Shown: positions 10,788-21,821 of the stretch, piece after piece
Layout: the number at the start of each line of letters is the position of its first letter
How positions within the stretch are numbered: the stretch's first letter is position 1
NCBI GenBank assembly: GCA_031835245.2
Contig: JAVKOQ020000068.1
Coordinates: 62,001 to 126,000, forward strand
Length of the DNA: 64,000 nt
Reading direction: 5' to 3'
From: Balamuthia mandrillaris
Taxonomy: Eukaryota
The notes under the pieces: generated by a model
What the model saw: the letters and a program-made list of their open reading frames with translations, nothing else
Told to the model about the DNA's origin: nothing
Database searches by the model: none
Made by a program: the position numbers and the translations under genes

Positions 10788-13162
10788 TCTGCTTCCACTG
10801 CTTCTTCTTCGCAATTACAAACGCTAAAACCTGCGCTGCTACAACGAAAGCTGATCAAGGAAACGGCCACTCACTTCTATTTCGCTGAGGCAGTGCGGCT
10901 GTCTGCCAACGAGGACCTCAGCAAAGGGAATGCCACTAAGATTCGCATTGTCAAACGAACGAAACGAAAGCTTCCTCTTCCTCCGAACAAACCGCGCCTC
11001 TCTGATCAACTCGACAGCAGTAATGGCGCAACTGACCACTCACGAGTGATCCTCAAGAGAACGGTCCTACGGAGGAGAATGAGTCGCAACGACGTCAACA
11101 ACAACTTTGCTCTTCTTTCTTCTTCGTCCTCTTCCTTTCCAACGGCAACAACCAGCTGTCGCTGGATACGAAGAACAAAGCAGCCCCAACTAGTTACTTT
11201 ATTAGACATACAAGATAGCCAACACCGGATCGAACGCTTTCTTTCTAATACCGACCGTAAGAATAATAATAATAATAGTAACAGCAACACACCAACCAGA
11301 CGAAGGACAAAAACGTTGGAGCAGGTGGTTCGCAGAGTGGGAGAACAACAAAAAGACAAGAAGCAGAAAAAGAAGACAGAAGAGCGAAAGAAGGAGAGAA
11401 AACGAAAGAACGCGGAGAGCAAGAAGCGAAAGAGGGCAGAGAGCCGAGAAGGTGAGGTTGCAGGAACGGCAGGGGAACCAGTAGAAGAGGACTCATTGGC
11501 GTTGAACGAAACAAAGAAGAAAAGGAAATTGAAAGGAGAGACAAATGTGGAAGAGGAAGGAATTATCACCAAGACGCAGAAGCGCAAACAATCCAAAGAA
11601 GAAAAATCGCTTTACACACACATACTCAAAAGTACACGCACTCTCTCTCTTCACTGTATAGCAAAGCTAACTCATTTCCATTAGACACTTATTTACACCG
11701 CAACCAAAGACACTGGAACAAGGACGACGTTCCTATTTGCAATTGTAAGCTCGAACCTGGTACACGACCTTGCGGTGAAAACTGTTTAAACAGGTACAAT
11801 TAAGAGCTTGAGAGAATATCATTCTTATTCTCATTTGTTATTTTTGATAACTTAATAGGGTGATGGCGATAGAATGTTCAGCCAAGTATTGTCCTTGCGG
11901 AGATAGATGCGAGAACCGGAGATTCCAACTGCGACAGTACGCCAAAGTGGTCCGTTTCTTGACAAAGGACAAAGGTTGGGGTCTCTTGGCGAAAGAGGAC
12001 ATCAAGGAGGGCGACTTTGTCATCGAGTATGTGGGAGAGGTCATCGATAATGCCCAACGACAGGAACGAATGTCCAGTTATAAAGACAAGGAAGAAGGTT
12101 GCCATTTCTACTTTTTGACTTTGGATGGGACGGAGTGCATAGACGCTTCTGTGAAAGGAAACTTGGCACGTTTCATAAATCATAGCTGCAATCCAAACTG
12201 CTCGACACAGAAGTGGTACGATTTTTAACCTTTTCTGTTTTTCTTATTTTTTTTTTCTTGTTTGCTCCACTTTCTGCTCGCGATCGTTAAATATTTATTT
12301 TTGATTTTGAAGGTGGGTAGATGGAGAGATTCGTGTTGGAATCTTTGCAGACGAAAACATACCAGCCGGCACTGAGATCACGTTTGATTACATGTTTGAA
12401 CGCTTTGGTGGCAAAAAACAACCATGCCATTGTGGAGAACCAAATTGTCGTGGATGGCTTGGAGCCAAACCCATAAAAATCGAGCCTTCTCCTCGCACAA
12501 GAGTATTGTTTTTCCCTTGTTTTTTGTTTCCTGTATCGTTTTCCTGTCTAACTTAGTTGTTTATTCAGAAATTAAAAACTGCTAAAAGTTCTTCAGCAAG
12601 ACAAAAGAAAGAAGAAGTGAACTCTCTTACAATCGAAGCCATTGTTCAATACCTGCTCGACTTTGAGCCTCAACTTAAAAACAGACAATCAGTCATTAGT
12701 TCTTCTACCACCACAGCATCAACGTCAACAGACGATACTAATGCAAGCAACAACAATGGAACTTCAACAACGACCACACAAGCAACTCCTCCAATCTTTC
12801 TCAAGCGAAATGCTCGAAAGGTTCACGAACGCGTTTTAGTGGATCACCAAGAACTGATTGCCTCTCTTTCATCTTCTTTGTTAGAGAAAGAAGTGAAGGA
12901 TGAGAAGAATGCTTCGACAGACGAAAATAACAACGATAGCAATCATAACGAGCAGAAAACAAAAAAGAGGAAAACGAAGAAAAGGTTGAACAAGAAAGAA
13001 GAGGAAGAAGAGGAGGAGGAAGAAGAAGAGGACAGACCGGAGGGAACGGAAAAGGAGGCCACGAAACCAAGGCGACGAGGAAGACCAAGGAAAGAGAACG
13101 GAACAACAAGCAACAACAATAATACAGCACCCAAAACGAAGAAAAAAGAGCCAAAAGGATGA
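10542..13162 (+). CDS. AWS-SET-postSET histone lysine methyltransferase (H3K36 ASH1/SET2/NSD type), multi-exon
   Basis: CGENCLNR...CPCGDRCENRRFQ; KGWGLLAKEDIKEGDFVIEYVGEV; GNLARFINHSCNPN; EITFDY; CHCGEPNCRGWLG; AT-hook-like RRRGRPRK near the C-terminus. Confidence 0.92.
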
Positions 13163-13376
13163 TGGCTTTATAATAAATAATAGAGCAAGCATTTCGAGAG
13201 AACGTGATCAATGAATGTGCTCACCGCAACCTCCACTCCACTCTTGCTGCTGGCGTCAACTTATGAATCACACAGAAAAGAAAAACACTTTTGAGACAAA
13301 CAAAAAACATCTTCTCTGGTCAGTTCAACTTCTCTCTTCCAACAAACAACAACACTTACAAGGAAGGAGAGAAGGG

Positions 13377-13388
13377 AAAAAAAAGAAA
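13377..13388 (-). terminator. Oligo-T run (Pol III-type terminator) after the ACA box
   Basis: Minus strand TTTC followed by T8 immediately 3' of ACA. Confidence 0.5.
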
Positions 13389-13800
13389 TGTTGGCTATAT
13401 GGTTTACTGCACCCTCACAACCTAAGCGGTTACTGGGCTCAGAATAAAGGGATATATAGTCCGGGTCGAGCTTGCGCGCTCAGGAGACATCCATCCTCCC
13501 CCGCGAAGGGGGTTCAAGTTGCCTACAACCAAGCGCACAAAGACCTAAAACGCCGCTCTGGGACGAGCTTGCAAGAACCTTACACCACACAGAGCCGGGA
13601 CCATTTGCCTCCAAAGACCAACCTCCCCTTTTCTCCCCCCAATATTGCAGGGAGGGTACTAGAGGGAGGGATAAGGACAGAAGCAAATGACGTCCGCTGG
13701 TGCTTCCCCGTAAAGAGCGCAAGCGATCGAAGAGGTCCGTGAGGGAGTGTTTAGAGGCACTCCCCGCACGAGTTATCCCCTTCACGTCCACTAGCTTGCC
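13386..13800 (-). ncRNA. Probable snR30/U17 (SNORA73-type) H/ACA rRNA-processing snoRNA
   Basis: Minus-strand 3' end reads GGACUAU-AUAUCCCUU(m1-like, 13455-13447)...AAACCAU(m2, 13405-13399)-AUAGCCA-ACA-UUU; m2 lies 7 nt before the ACA box as in U17/snR30; GG(A)CUAU pairs with AUAGCC; several further helices; 5' end estimated from the promoter. Confidence 0.75.
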
Positions 13801-13819
13801 ACAGTCGGCCCGCTGCCCG

Positions 13820-13861
13820 TTTTAAAGGGAAGGCGCGGCGCGAGGGCGTGAGCATGTGGGA
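13820..13861 (-). promoter_or_regulatory. USE/PSE-like element plus TATA-like box (type-3 snRNA-style promoter)
   Basis: TCCCACATGC (13861-13852) resembles plant USE RTCCCACATCG and dictyostelid DUSE; TTTAAAA (13826-13820) lies 25 nt downstream. Confidence 0.6.
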
Positions 13862-14181
13862 GGCGAGAGGAAAAAAGCAGGAAAGCCAAAAACCAGAGAA
13901 CACACGTCACCTATTTCCTTTTTCACTGCTTGGTGATGTAATGTAAGAATATTGGTAGGATGACGTCTGATTTTTCTAGATTAGGAAAATATGACATAAC
14001 CATAGTGAAAGTCGACATAAAATTAAAAAGGGGGAAACGAAAAAAGAGAGCAAGAAGAGGGGGGAGAGAGTTACCGGACCACCACCGCAAAGAAAATAGG
14101 AGGAGAGCAGGTGCTTCAGCGCGCTTTTTTTTTTGTTTGTTTTTGTGCCCTTATCAAACCACCTAGAACAACAACAGCAAA

Positions 14182-14963
14182 ATGGACGCCCTTGATAAAA
14201 CGCTCGATGAGACCGCTGCGTCGGTAACCCACGACATGCGCCGCATCATGGTGCCCTTGTTGGGCTTCATGACGACCCTCACTTTCCTGGCCTTTGTTCT
14301 GCTTCTCAGCTTCAAGCCTTCTTTTTCTGTGATTATGAGGTCCGTTCGGGGTTTTATTTTGTTACCCTTTTTTTTTTTTGTTTGATGAATTACAAACCAA
14401 ACAAACCCAATCTTTTTAGGTGGCTCTGCCTCGTTCTTTGCGGACTGCAAGTGTTCCTCGGTCTCTTCTTTTGGTCTAGCGTCGTTTGGCACTTCGTTTT
14501 CGAGGTAACCTCTTCTCATCCCCAATTTTTTTTCTTTTTTGTTCTTTTGTCTGTTTTGATTTCCCGGCGTTTCTCATCGTTTCATGATGTCCATTGCAGT
14601 TGACTCTGTTCGCTTTGTTCGGCATCTTCGCTCTCCTCACGAACCGCTACGACCACATCAGAATCTTTGGTACGCTCCTTGTCGGCTTTTTTTTAAAAAA
14701 AAGTTTCCCTCGTTAACTTGTCCTTTTAATGATTGCAACAACAGCTCTCTCCGCCATCTTCCACCTCTTTGCCAGTGCGTCTCTCTCTCTCTCTCTCTTG
14801 ATGCTTCGTTTCAGGGATTAACCTCCATTTTGTTTTGAAGTTTTGGGTCACGTTACCATTTTGGGCTATTCCATCCCTCTGTTTGACGCCGTTGCTCCCA
14901 TTGGCCGTAGAGTGTTTCTCTCTCGCTTTTCTCTCTTCCTCTCCTTCTCTCTCTGTTTTCCTC

Positions 14964-15000
<37 letters not shown>

Positions 15001-15263
15001 CTTTCTTAGCAAATGTGTGAAAAAACACACAAACAGCACAAGATCACGTCGAATGCCACTCGTATTACAACGTGCAGGACGAGGGTCTGTGCGCGGGCTA
15101 CTCCAACTTCCTCCAGTTCCTGGCCTACATCCTGACCTGCATCCAGCCGCTGCAAGCCTTTGCCGCCTATTTGTCCTACAAAGAGAAGGAAGACAACGGA
15201 GAGGACGGCAGGCACGTCGCTCCCACCGCGTATGGCACCATCGGTGATAGCGCTGCTGAATAA
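14182..15263 (+). CDS. Multi-pass membrane protein of unknown function, multi-exon
   Basis: Short exons encode hydrophobic helices (WLCLVLCGLQVFLGLFFW; FWVTLPFWAIPSLCL; FLQFLAYILTCIQ); tail ...TAYGTIGDSAAE. Confidence 0.6.
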
Positions 15264-15389
15264 CAATGAAGAAGTATAGTTTTAAAAAAAGCAACTTCTT
15301 CTCTTTCACTTTTTTTTGTGAGAGAAAAACGAAGAGATAAAGAAGAGAAAAGTGTTTTTTTCTTGGAGAAGAGCGTTGTTGCCAAGTGA

Positions 15390-18358
15390 TCAGAACCAGA
15401 CGTCGGTGCTCCACCTGTTGTCTTCTTGAAGCTTGGTGATGTACTGTTGGGCCTGTTCTCGTGTCATTCCACCTTCTTCCACCAAAATGTCTTCCACCGT
15501 GTTCTTCACATCGGGAGCCATGCGCCATGCATCACTATTTGGTTTGCAGAGCAAGAAATGTCAGAGAAACAGAGAGAGAACGGAGAAAATGAAGGGGAGA
15601 GCATACCCGCAAATGTAGAAGTGAGCGCCTTTGTTGTGCAGCAAATCCCAGATGAGCTTGCTGTCGGCTTTGATCTTGTGTTGGACGTACTCCTTTTCAT
15701 CTTGCTCTCTGGAGAAGGCCACCCGCAAGTGCGTAATGGTTCCTTCCTCCGCCATTGCCGCCAGTTCTTCCTCGTAGATGTAATCCATGTTTCTGTTGCG
15801 GCAGCCAAAGTAAAGCACAACTTCTCCCCCCTTCACTGTTTCATTCAAATAAAACATCAGTGTCAAAAAATGCTGAAGAAAGAGACGGTCAGGAAGAGAG
15901 AAAAAAAATACGAACCTCCTTTCTTGGCAGCAAGGTGCTGACGTTCCTGAATGAAGCCACGGAAGGGAGCAAGTCCAGTGCCAGGACCCACCATAATAAT
16001 CGGTGTCTCTAACTTTCTGGGCAATCGGAAGGTCGACTTTCTCACATAAATAGGGGCACTGTAAAGCTTCACTTGCGTTTCTCTGTCGCCATCTTCTTCT
16101 TCCTCATCCTCTTTGGAGCGAGGAATAAGCCGCAAAAAGTGGTTCGAGGCCACGCCATTATGGAGTCTTCCGGTAGGGGTCTCGTAGTCAACCACCACGG
16201 AGGTTATGTGAATGCGATCGGGATGCAGAGAGGGAGAGGAGGAGATGGAGTAGTAACGAGGAGCCAGATCCGGCAGGATTTCCAAAAAGTGGTCCAATGG
16301 GGGTTGCAGGGAGGGGAACGCCTCCAGAATTTCGAGCACGCACCTCCTGTCTTGCTTAATCCATTGTGCATATTGTTGCTGTTCGTAATAATAGCAATAA
16401 TTAGTTGTTGGAATGAAGGAGAAAGGAATAATGGGATTAAGGGAATAAAAAAGAATAAAGAAAGGAGAGAAGAACAGGAAGAAACCTCTTTAGGAAGAGA
16501 GGACTCATCGGTAGAGGCCAAAGTAAGCAGGCGCTTCTTCTCCTCCGGGTCCGATGCGTACTGAGCCAGAGCCTGCAAGACCGACTTTCTCGGCGGATTG
16601 GTGATGTCCCGTAGCTGCGTGAGCACAGTGCGAACAGTGCAAGGACCCAACACAGGTTTAGTCTTGGCGAGATCAGTGGCGTTGATGGGATAGAGAGCAA
16701 TCACTTGGTCCAACTGTTGTTGAATGTTGAGGCGCTCAGCAAGGGCCTCCACCATGGCGGCACTGTTGTGGGCGTAGACACCCAAATGGTCGCCTGGCTC
16801 GTACTTAAGGCTGGTGGCCTCGCCCACGTGGAACTCGATGTGGCGGCAGGAACGGTCGGAGGAGGGTTTGTGCAGCTCTCTGTTTACCACAACTTCGGCG
16901 ATGTAGGGGTTCTTCAAGTCGTACGTCCTAATTGATTGTCATTAATTCATTTTTCTAAAATAGAAGAAAAAAGGCACAGATAAAGAAGGAAAAAAGGGCG
17001 GAAGAAGCGGAAGTAAGGTTGCGTGTGTACGTACAATCCAGGTTTGAGAGTACCAAGCGCGTGGAGTTGCTGCTCTGCAGGAACGTCCTCCAGAACTACC
17101 ATCTTAAGTCGTGGCGCGCTGTTAAAATGACAACCAATATAATTAGCGTTGATTTCAGATAAAGAGAGGAGGGAGAGGGAGAGGGAGAGGGAGAGGGAGA
17201 GGGAACAAGAAACGTACACAGTGTCGTTCTGCATGTTACCAGGAGGAGGAAGCCCAGCAGCCTTACAGAATGGTCCCCACAAGTCTTTCTTCCAGTTCAT
17301 GAAGTCTTCCTCCAAGCTTTGAGGAAATTAACAAGTGAGGATTAAAAAGCAGATGAGAAACGAGAAGAGTAGAACTAAACAGAGCCGAGAGTTGGGGGAG
17401 GATTTTAGTATTACCTAGAATCATCGTCACCTTCTCCTCTATCATAGATCCGTGTGGCACCCAATGCCTCCAACCGTGAGTCCATTGCGCGTCCGATTGC
17501 GTTATAGTGTTCATAGGTACGATTGCCCAAACCGAATACCTGTTTGAAACATTATTAGAAAAATAACAAAGGGAAGGAAGAAGAAAGAACAAAAAAGAAG
17601 ACTGTGCAGAAAAAGTAAAGAAGAGGAGACGGAACGAGGAAGTACAACAAAGAAGAAAATGCCAAATGAAAAACAAACAAAACAAAAAAAACAACAAAGG
17701 ATCCAACGAGAAAGCCTTTAAAAAAACGTACAGAAAACTTAAGGGAGGACAGCATCTCTGAGTCAAGGGACTCGTCCATGATCCACTCGTAAAACTCCTT
17801 GGCGTTGTCCGTTGGTTCTCCCTCGCCATACGTTGCCATCACGAAAATGGCCCGTTCCTCATTCTCCAGATCCTCCTATAAACATCCGAGGAGCAAAACA
17901 AAAAAGTCATGTTAAGAAGAAGAATATAACCCAAAAAGATGAATATAATAGAATAACAGTACCTTATCATAATCCTCCAAATCGATGGACTGAGGGTTGA
18001 AGCCGAGCTTCTTGGCCTCGTCGCAAAGCCCCTGCGCAAAGTCCTCCGCGGTGCCCGTTTGGGACCCCCAAAAGACCTTCAGCGTGGGCCTGCCCGCAAG
18101 GTCCTCTGCCCCTAACTTGCTGTTGGAGCGGTTGAGGCCGACGCCACCGCTCGTTTTGAGGCCGGAAGAAGAGGAAGAGGAAGAGGAGGAAAAGGAGGAG
18201 GAAGCGGACGACCGTTTGGAGGAAGAGTCGCTGCCGCTCTTCCAGAAATATGCTACAGCCAAGAGAACCACCACCACCACGCTGAGCAGCAAAAAGTACG
18301 TCCCCGTCTCATCCTCCTCCGCCGCCAACACTTCCCCATTCAAAATGGTTTCCTCCAT
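15390..18358 (-). CDS. POR: NADPH-cytochrome P450 reductase, multi-exon
   Basis: N-terminal TM anchor; FWGSQTGTAEDFA; ATYGEGEPTDNA; GLGNRTYEHYN; YEPGDHLGVY; PRYYSISSS; IMVGPGTGLAPFRGF; LYFGCRN; YICG; C-terminal DVWF. Confidence 0.95.
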
Positions 18359-19065
18359 TTTTTTCGCTTTTTTTTTTGTGTTTTGTTCCACTGATCTCTT
18401 GCGTGCGTGCAATCCGCAAAAAAAAAGCACCTCTTCAATCGCAAAAAAAGAATTCCCCCCTCAAGGTCACGGACGGTCCCTTGCTCTTCTCTCTCTCTCT
18501 CTCTCTCCCACCTCTGCTTTCTCTCTCTGTCTCTCTTCGCTACGTTTGCGCTACTCTTTTTTGGCCGCTTTCTTTTCTCTTTTCAGCCAAACGCAGCGGA
18601 AAAAAAAAATAGAGGGAAATGCCAAAGGAAGGGGTTCGGTTCGGCGGGGCGACCCGTCCAATGGGCCGCTATCCCTCCGCGGGGGAAAAGGGCCTTCCCC
18701 GAGTCGCGCCCTCTGGGGACGCGTCAGATAGTGGTGACGTCACAAATTTCAGTTCTATTTATTTATTTTTTCCTATAATAAAGCATTTATGAATATTCAT
18801 TATAATGAATAACTTTCATTTTTTGTTTGAAGGAACGCGTGTTCTTCTGTTTTGCGCGCATTTTTGTTTCTCTATTTGTGGCTCGCCGTTCCGGCCAATA
18901 ACAAACGCCTCTCTCTCTCTCAAAACAACAGAGAGAAGCGTGCGGTGTCCTCGTGTCCCCGTCAAGTCGTTTTTCATTCATGAGAAGCAGCTCATGCTCT
19001 CTGCCTCTCTCTCTCTCTCTCCGTTCTCTCTTCTCTTGTTGCAGTGTCGCTCTTTGTTTTTGTTT

Positions 19066-21564
19066 TCACTCGTTTTGGTCTTTATCCTCTTCCTCCTCTT
19101 CTCCCTTTTGTTGTTGCTCTGCATCTGCCTTTCGAAGTGTCACTCTTGGGGCTGTTGTAGTTGGTCGCTGGTAGGAACTGGGGAAGCGAGTGGGTGGTCC
19201 TTCCGTGTCTTCATTTGCCACTTCCACTTTGAGCCCCATCTCAGCCAATTCTTTGTTGCTGGCCGCTCCTTTGAGGTCTAACCCGGCGATGAAGGCTTGG
19301 TTGGCGGCATTCTCTTCGCACAGGTTACGAATGGCCAGTAAACACCATTCTCGTATATCTGTTTTTTTTTTTTTTGTTATAACGTTTTGTTTGTGTCAAA
19401 GAAAGAAAGAAAGAAACAAAAGACACAAAAATATAGAAACGTACAAGGATTCTTTTCGTCGATACGACAGAGGTTAAGAATAAGAGGGAGTCCTCCGTTC
19501 TCACGAACAAGATCTTGGTTGTGCTTATCTCGAAAGCACATATTGCAGAGCACTCGCACTAAATCTCGTTTCAATGCGAAAGAGAGATGTTGCTTCTCTT
19601 CGTTGGCCTTGTCAAAACGATAATAAGCTGCGCCCAGATACTTCACTGCCCATTCCAAAAACTCTGTTTCATGCTGTTACTTTATGGAATGAAGTCTAAA
19701 AAAGAAAGCGAGAAAGAGAAAGAGAGGTAAAAGATAACAAACCTAAAACAGTTGATAAGACATTAGAAGAGGAAAATGCATCTTTGAGTGCACGTGCAGA
19801 AGGGAATGAAGGTGAATGACGGTAGCTATGGCTGAACACAAGAGCAGTGATGGAAGCTAGTCCTTGCAACAACAGCCAACAATATGCAACCGGTAAGGAA
19901 GCTGTCTGCAAGCTTCCATCTTTCAATTCACCCAACAATTTTGCTCTCTTTAGTTTTTCTTCTTCTGCTTCTTCTGCTTCTTCTCTTTCTTCGTTGTTTG
20001 GTTGTTGAGTGAAGCACAGAAAGATGTCTTGAAGATCGATGGCTAACGTTTGGATGACAGAAGGAGCCAAAAAAGAAGCCAGTTGAACGTTCTCCAATCT
20101 TTCGCTTGCTGTACTATTCTCATCGCTTACCTGTTCTCGTTCTTCTTTTTCTTCGCTATCTTCTTCAGCCAGCGGATTCAACATTTTGCACAGCATTCCA
20201 TCCAATACTTTGAGCAACACGGCTCGTTCTTTGGAGAAGGGATGCTGGCCGACGGCACCTAATGTGTTGTGCATCGTCACAAAGTGGCCATCTTCAACGA
20301 GTAACGTGAACAACCGCAACAACCATTCTATGATCCTTTCCTTTGCTGGACTGTTAACGCTTGAAGATGACGATGAAGAAAGTGACGATAGAGAGTTGTT
20401 TTCCAGTTGCTCTAAAAGAACAGTCAACAGCTTGTTGGCATGTGCTAGGTCTGTTCTGAGGAAAGAAAAGCATTGGTTGGTTGAGAGGAGAGAGAGGAAG
20501 AAGAGAAGGAGAGGGAAAGAGGGAAAGATAAAGGGAGTACCTTCGTGAAGATGAGAGAGCACAGGAGTTGAATATCAGAATGCAAGTATGTGATATGCTC
20601 GAGTCATCGTTGGCCCTCAGCAAATCGCTATGTTGACGTTCACGTTTAGAACGAAAAAAGAAAAGCGAAGAGGCACAAAATAGAAAAAGGAAGAAAAAAG
20701 AAAAGTCTAACAGTTAATTCAAATAGTAAGAGAAAAAGTTACCTAAAGCCATCGGGAAAGAGACGTTCCCAAACAAGCTGCTGATTGTGTTGATGAGAAG
20801 TGGATGCATTGGTTAAGACTTGCAGAGTGACCCGAAGCAAGGCAACACCATCCTCTTGCCTGGCTGATGTCGAGGCAATTGCTTTGGTGCATTGCGTTGC
20901 CATCTCTGTCAAACTCTCCAACACTCCACTCTGTCTAAATGAAGCAGTGGTGAGAGTTCAGTTTCAGAAAGGGGAGAGAGAGTATAGAGAGAAGAGAACG
21001 AAGGGAGAAGCAGAGCAGAGAAGGGAGAGAGTAAGAGGCGAGAGAAGTGAACGGAAGAAGAAAGAACCCTATGAGTGTTTGGTTCGTGGCAGAATGAACG
21101 CAAAGGTTTCGCAGCAAACGGAGCAACATGGTCATCCACTGTTGTTCGATAGGAGACGTTGGCAGCAGCAACGACGCTGAGGCCAATCCGTCGTTCAGCA
21201 ACTTTACCAGTGTTGGAAGGGCTTCACTCACGTCCTCTCTGTTTCGCAAAAGGAAGAAGTCAACACTTTGCATGCAGAAAGCAAGAAGAAGAAAAAGAAC
21301 AAGAAGAAGAAAAAGAAGAAGAAAGAAGCAGAAGGAAGAAGTAAACAAAAAGTTGATGCAAACAACAAAATGAAGCGGAGCAGAGAGAACTTGCCTGTAC
21401 GGATGCGTTGGTAAGGCCCATTCCAGCGCCCTTGACAGCAGAGCTGTATGCTGCTTCCTACCCAGTTCCTGCGCACCCTCCGCTCCATCATCACTCTGGG
21501 CCTCCCCGCCCCCGCCAGCAGCGCTCAACCCACCCCTCCACTCTGCTACCTCTTTGGCTGCCAT
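19066..21564 (-). CDS. ATXN10: Ataxin-10 homolog (armadillo repeat), multi-exon
   Basis: LLRLLRNLCV...NQ; KRDLVRVLCNMCFRDKHNQDLVRENGGLPLILNLCRIDEKNP-YIREWCLLAIRNLCEENAANQAFI. Confidence 0.9.
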
Positions 21565-21821
21565 GCTCTCCTCCCTTTTCTTCTTTACGGTAGCCACGTT
21601 TTATCACGTCGTCATGGATTAATGGCTGGGTTTCGACTCCACCTCAACGCATTTTTATTTTTCTCTTCCTTTTTTACCAACCATTATTTATCGGGTCGTC
21701 ATGAGTTAAATGGATGGGTTTCGACTCCACCTCAATGCATTTAAAGAGAACAGTGATAAGCAAAGAATGCCCTTCGTTGTCGTGTGGTGTGGTGTGGTGG
21801 TATTCAAGTTATATACCACTT

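Noticed and set aside
13215..13791. ORFs of 72-175 aa over the GC-rich island
   Set aside because: No recognisable motifs; the region is better explained by a structured RNA with promoter and ACA end.
13386..13800. Telomerase RNA, RNase P/MRP, 7SK, SRP or group I intron as identity of the ncRNA
   Set aside because: No CCCUAA-type template, no correctly placed CR-I/CR-V pair, no SRP helix-8 motif; the group I S-like GATATATAGTCC lacks an R partner. The m1/m2/ACA geometry fits snR30/U17 better.
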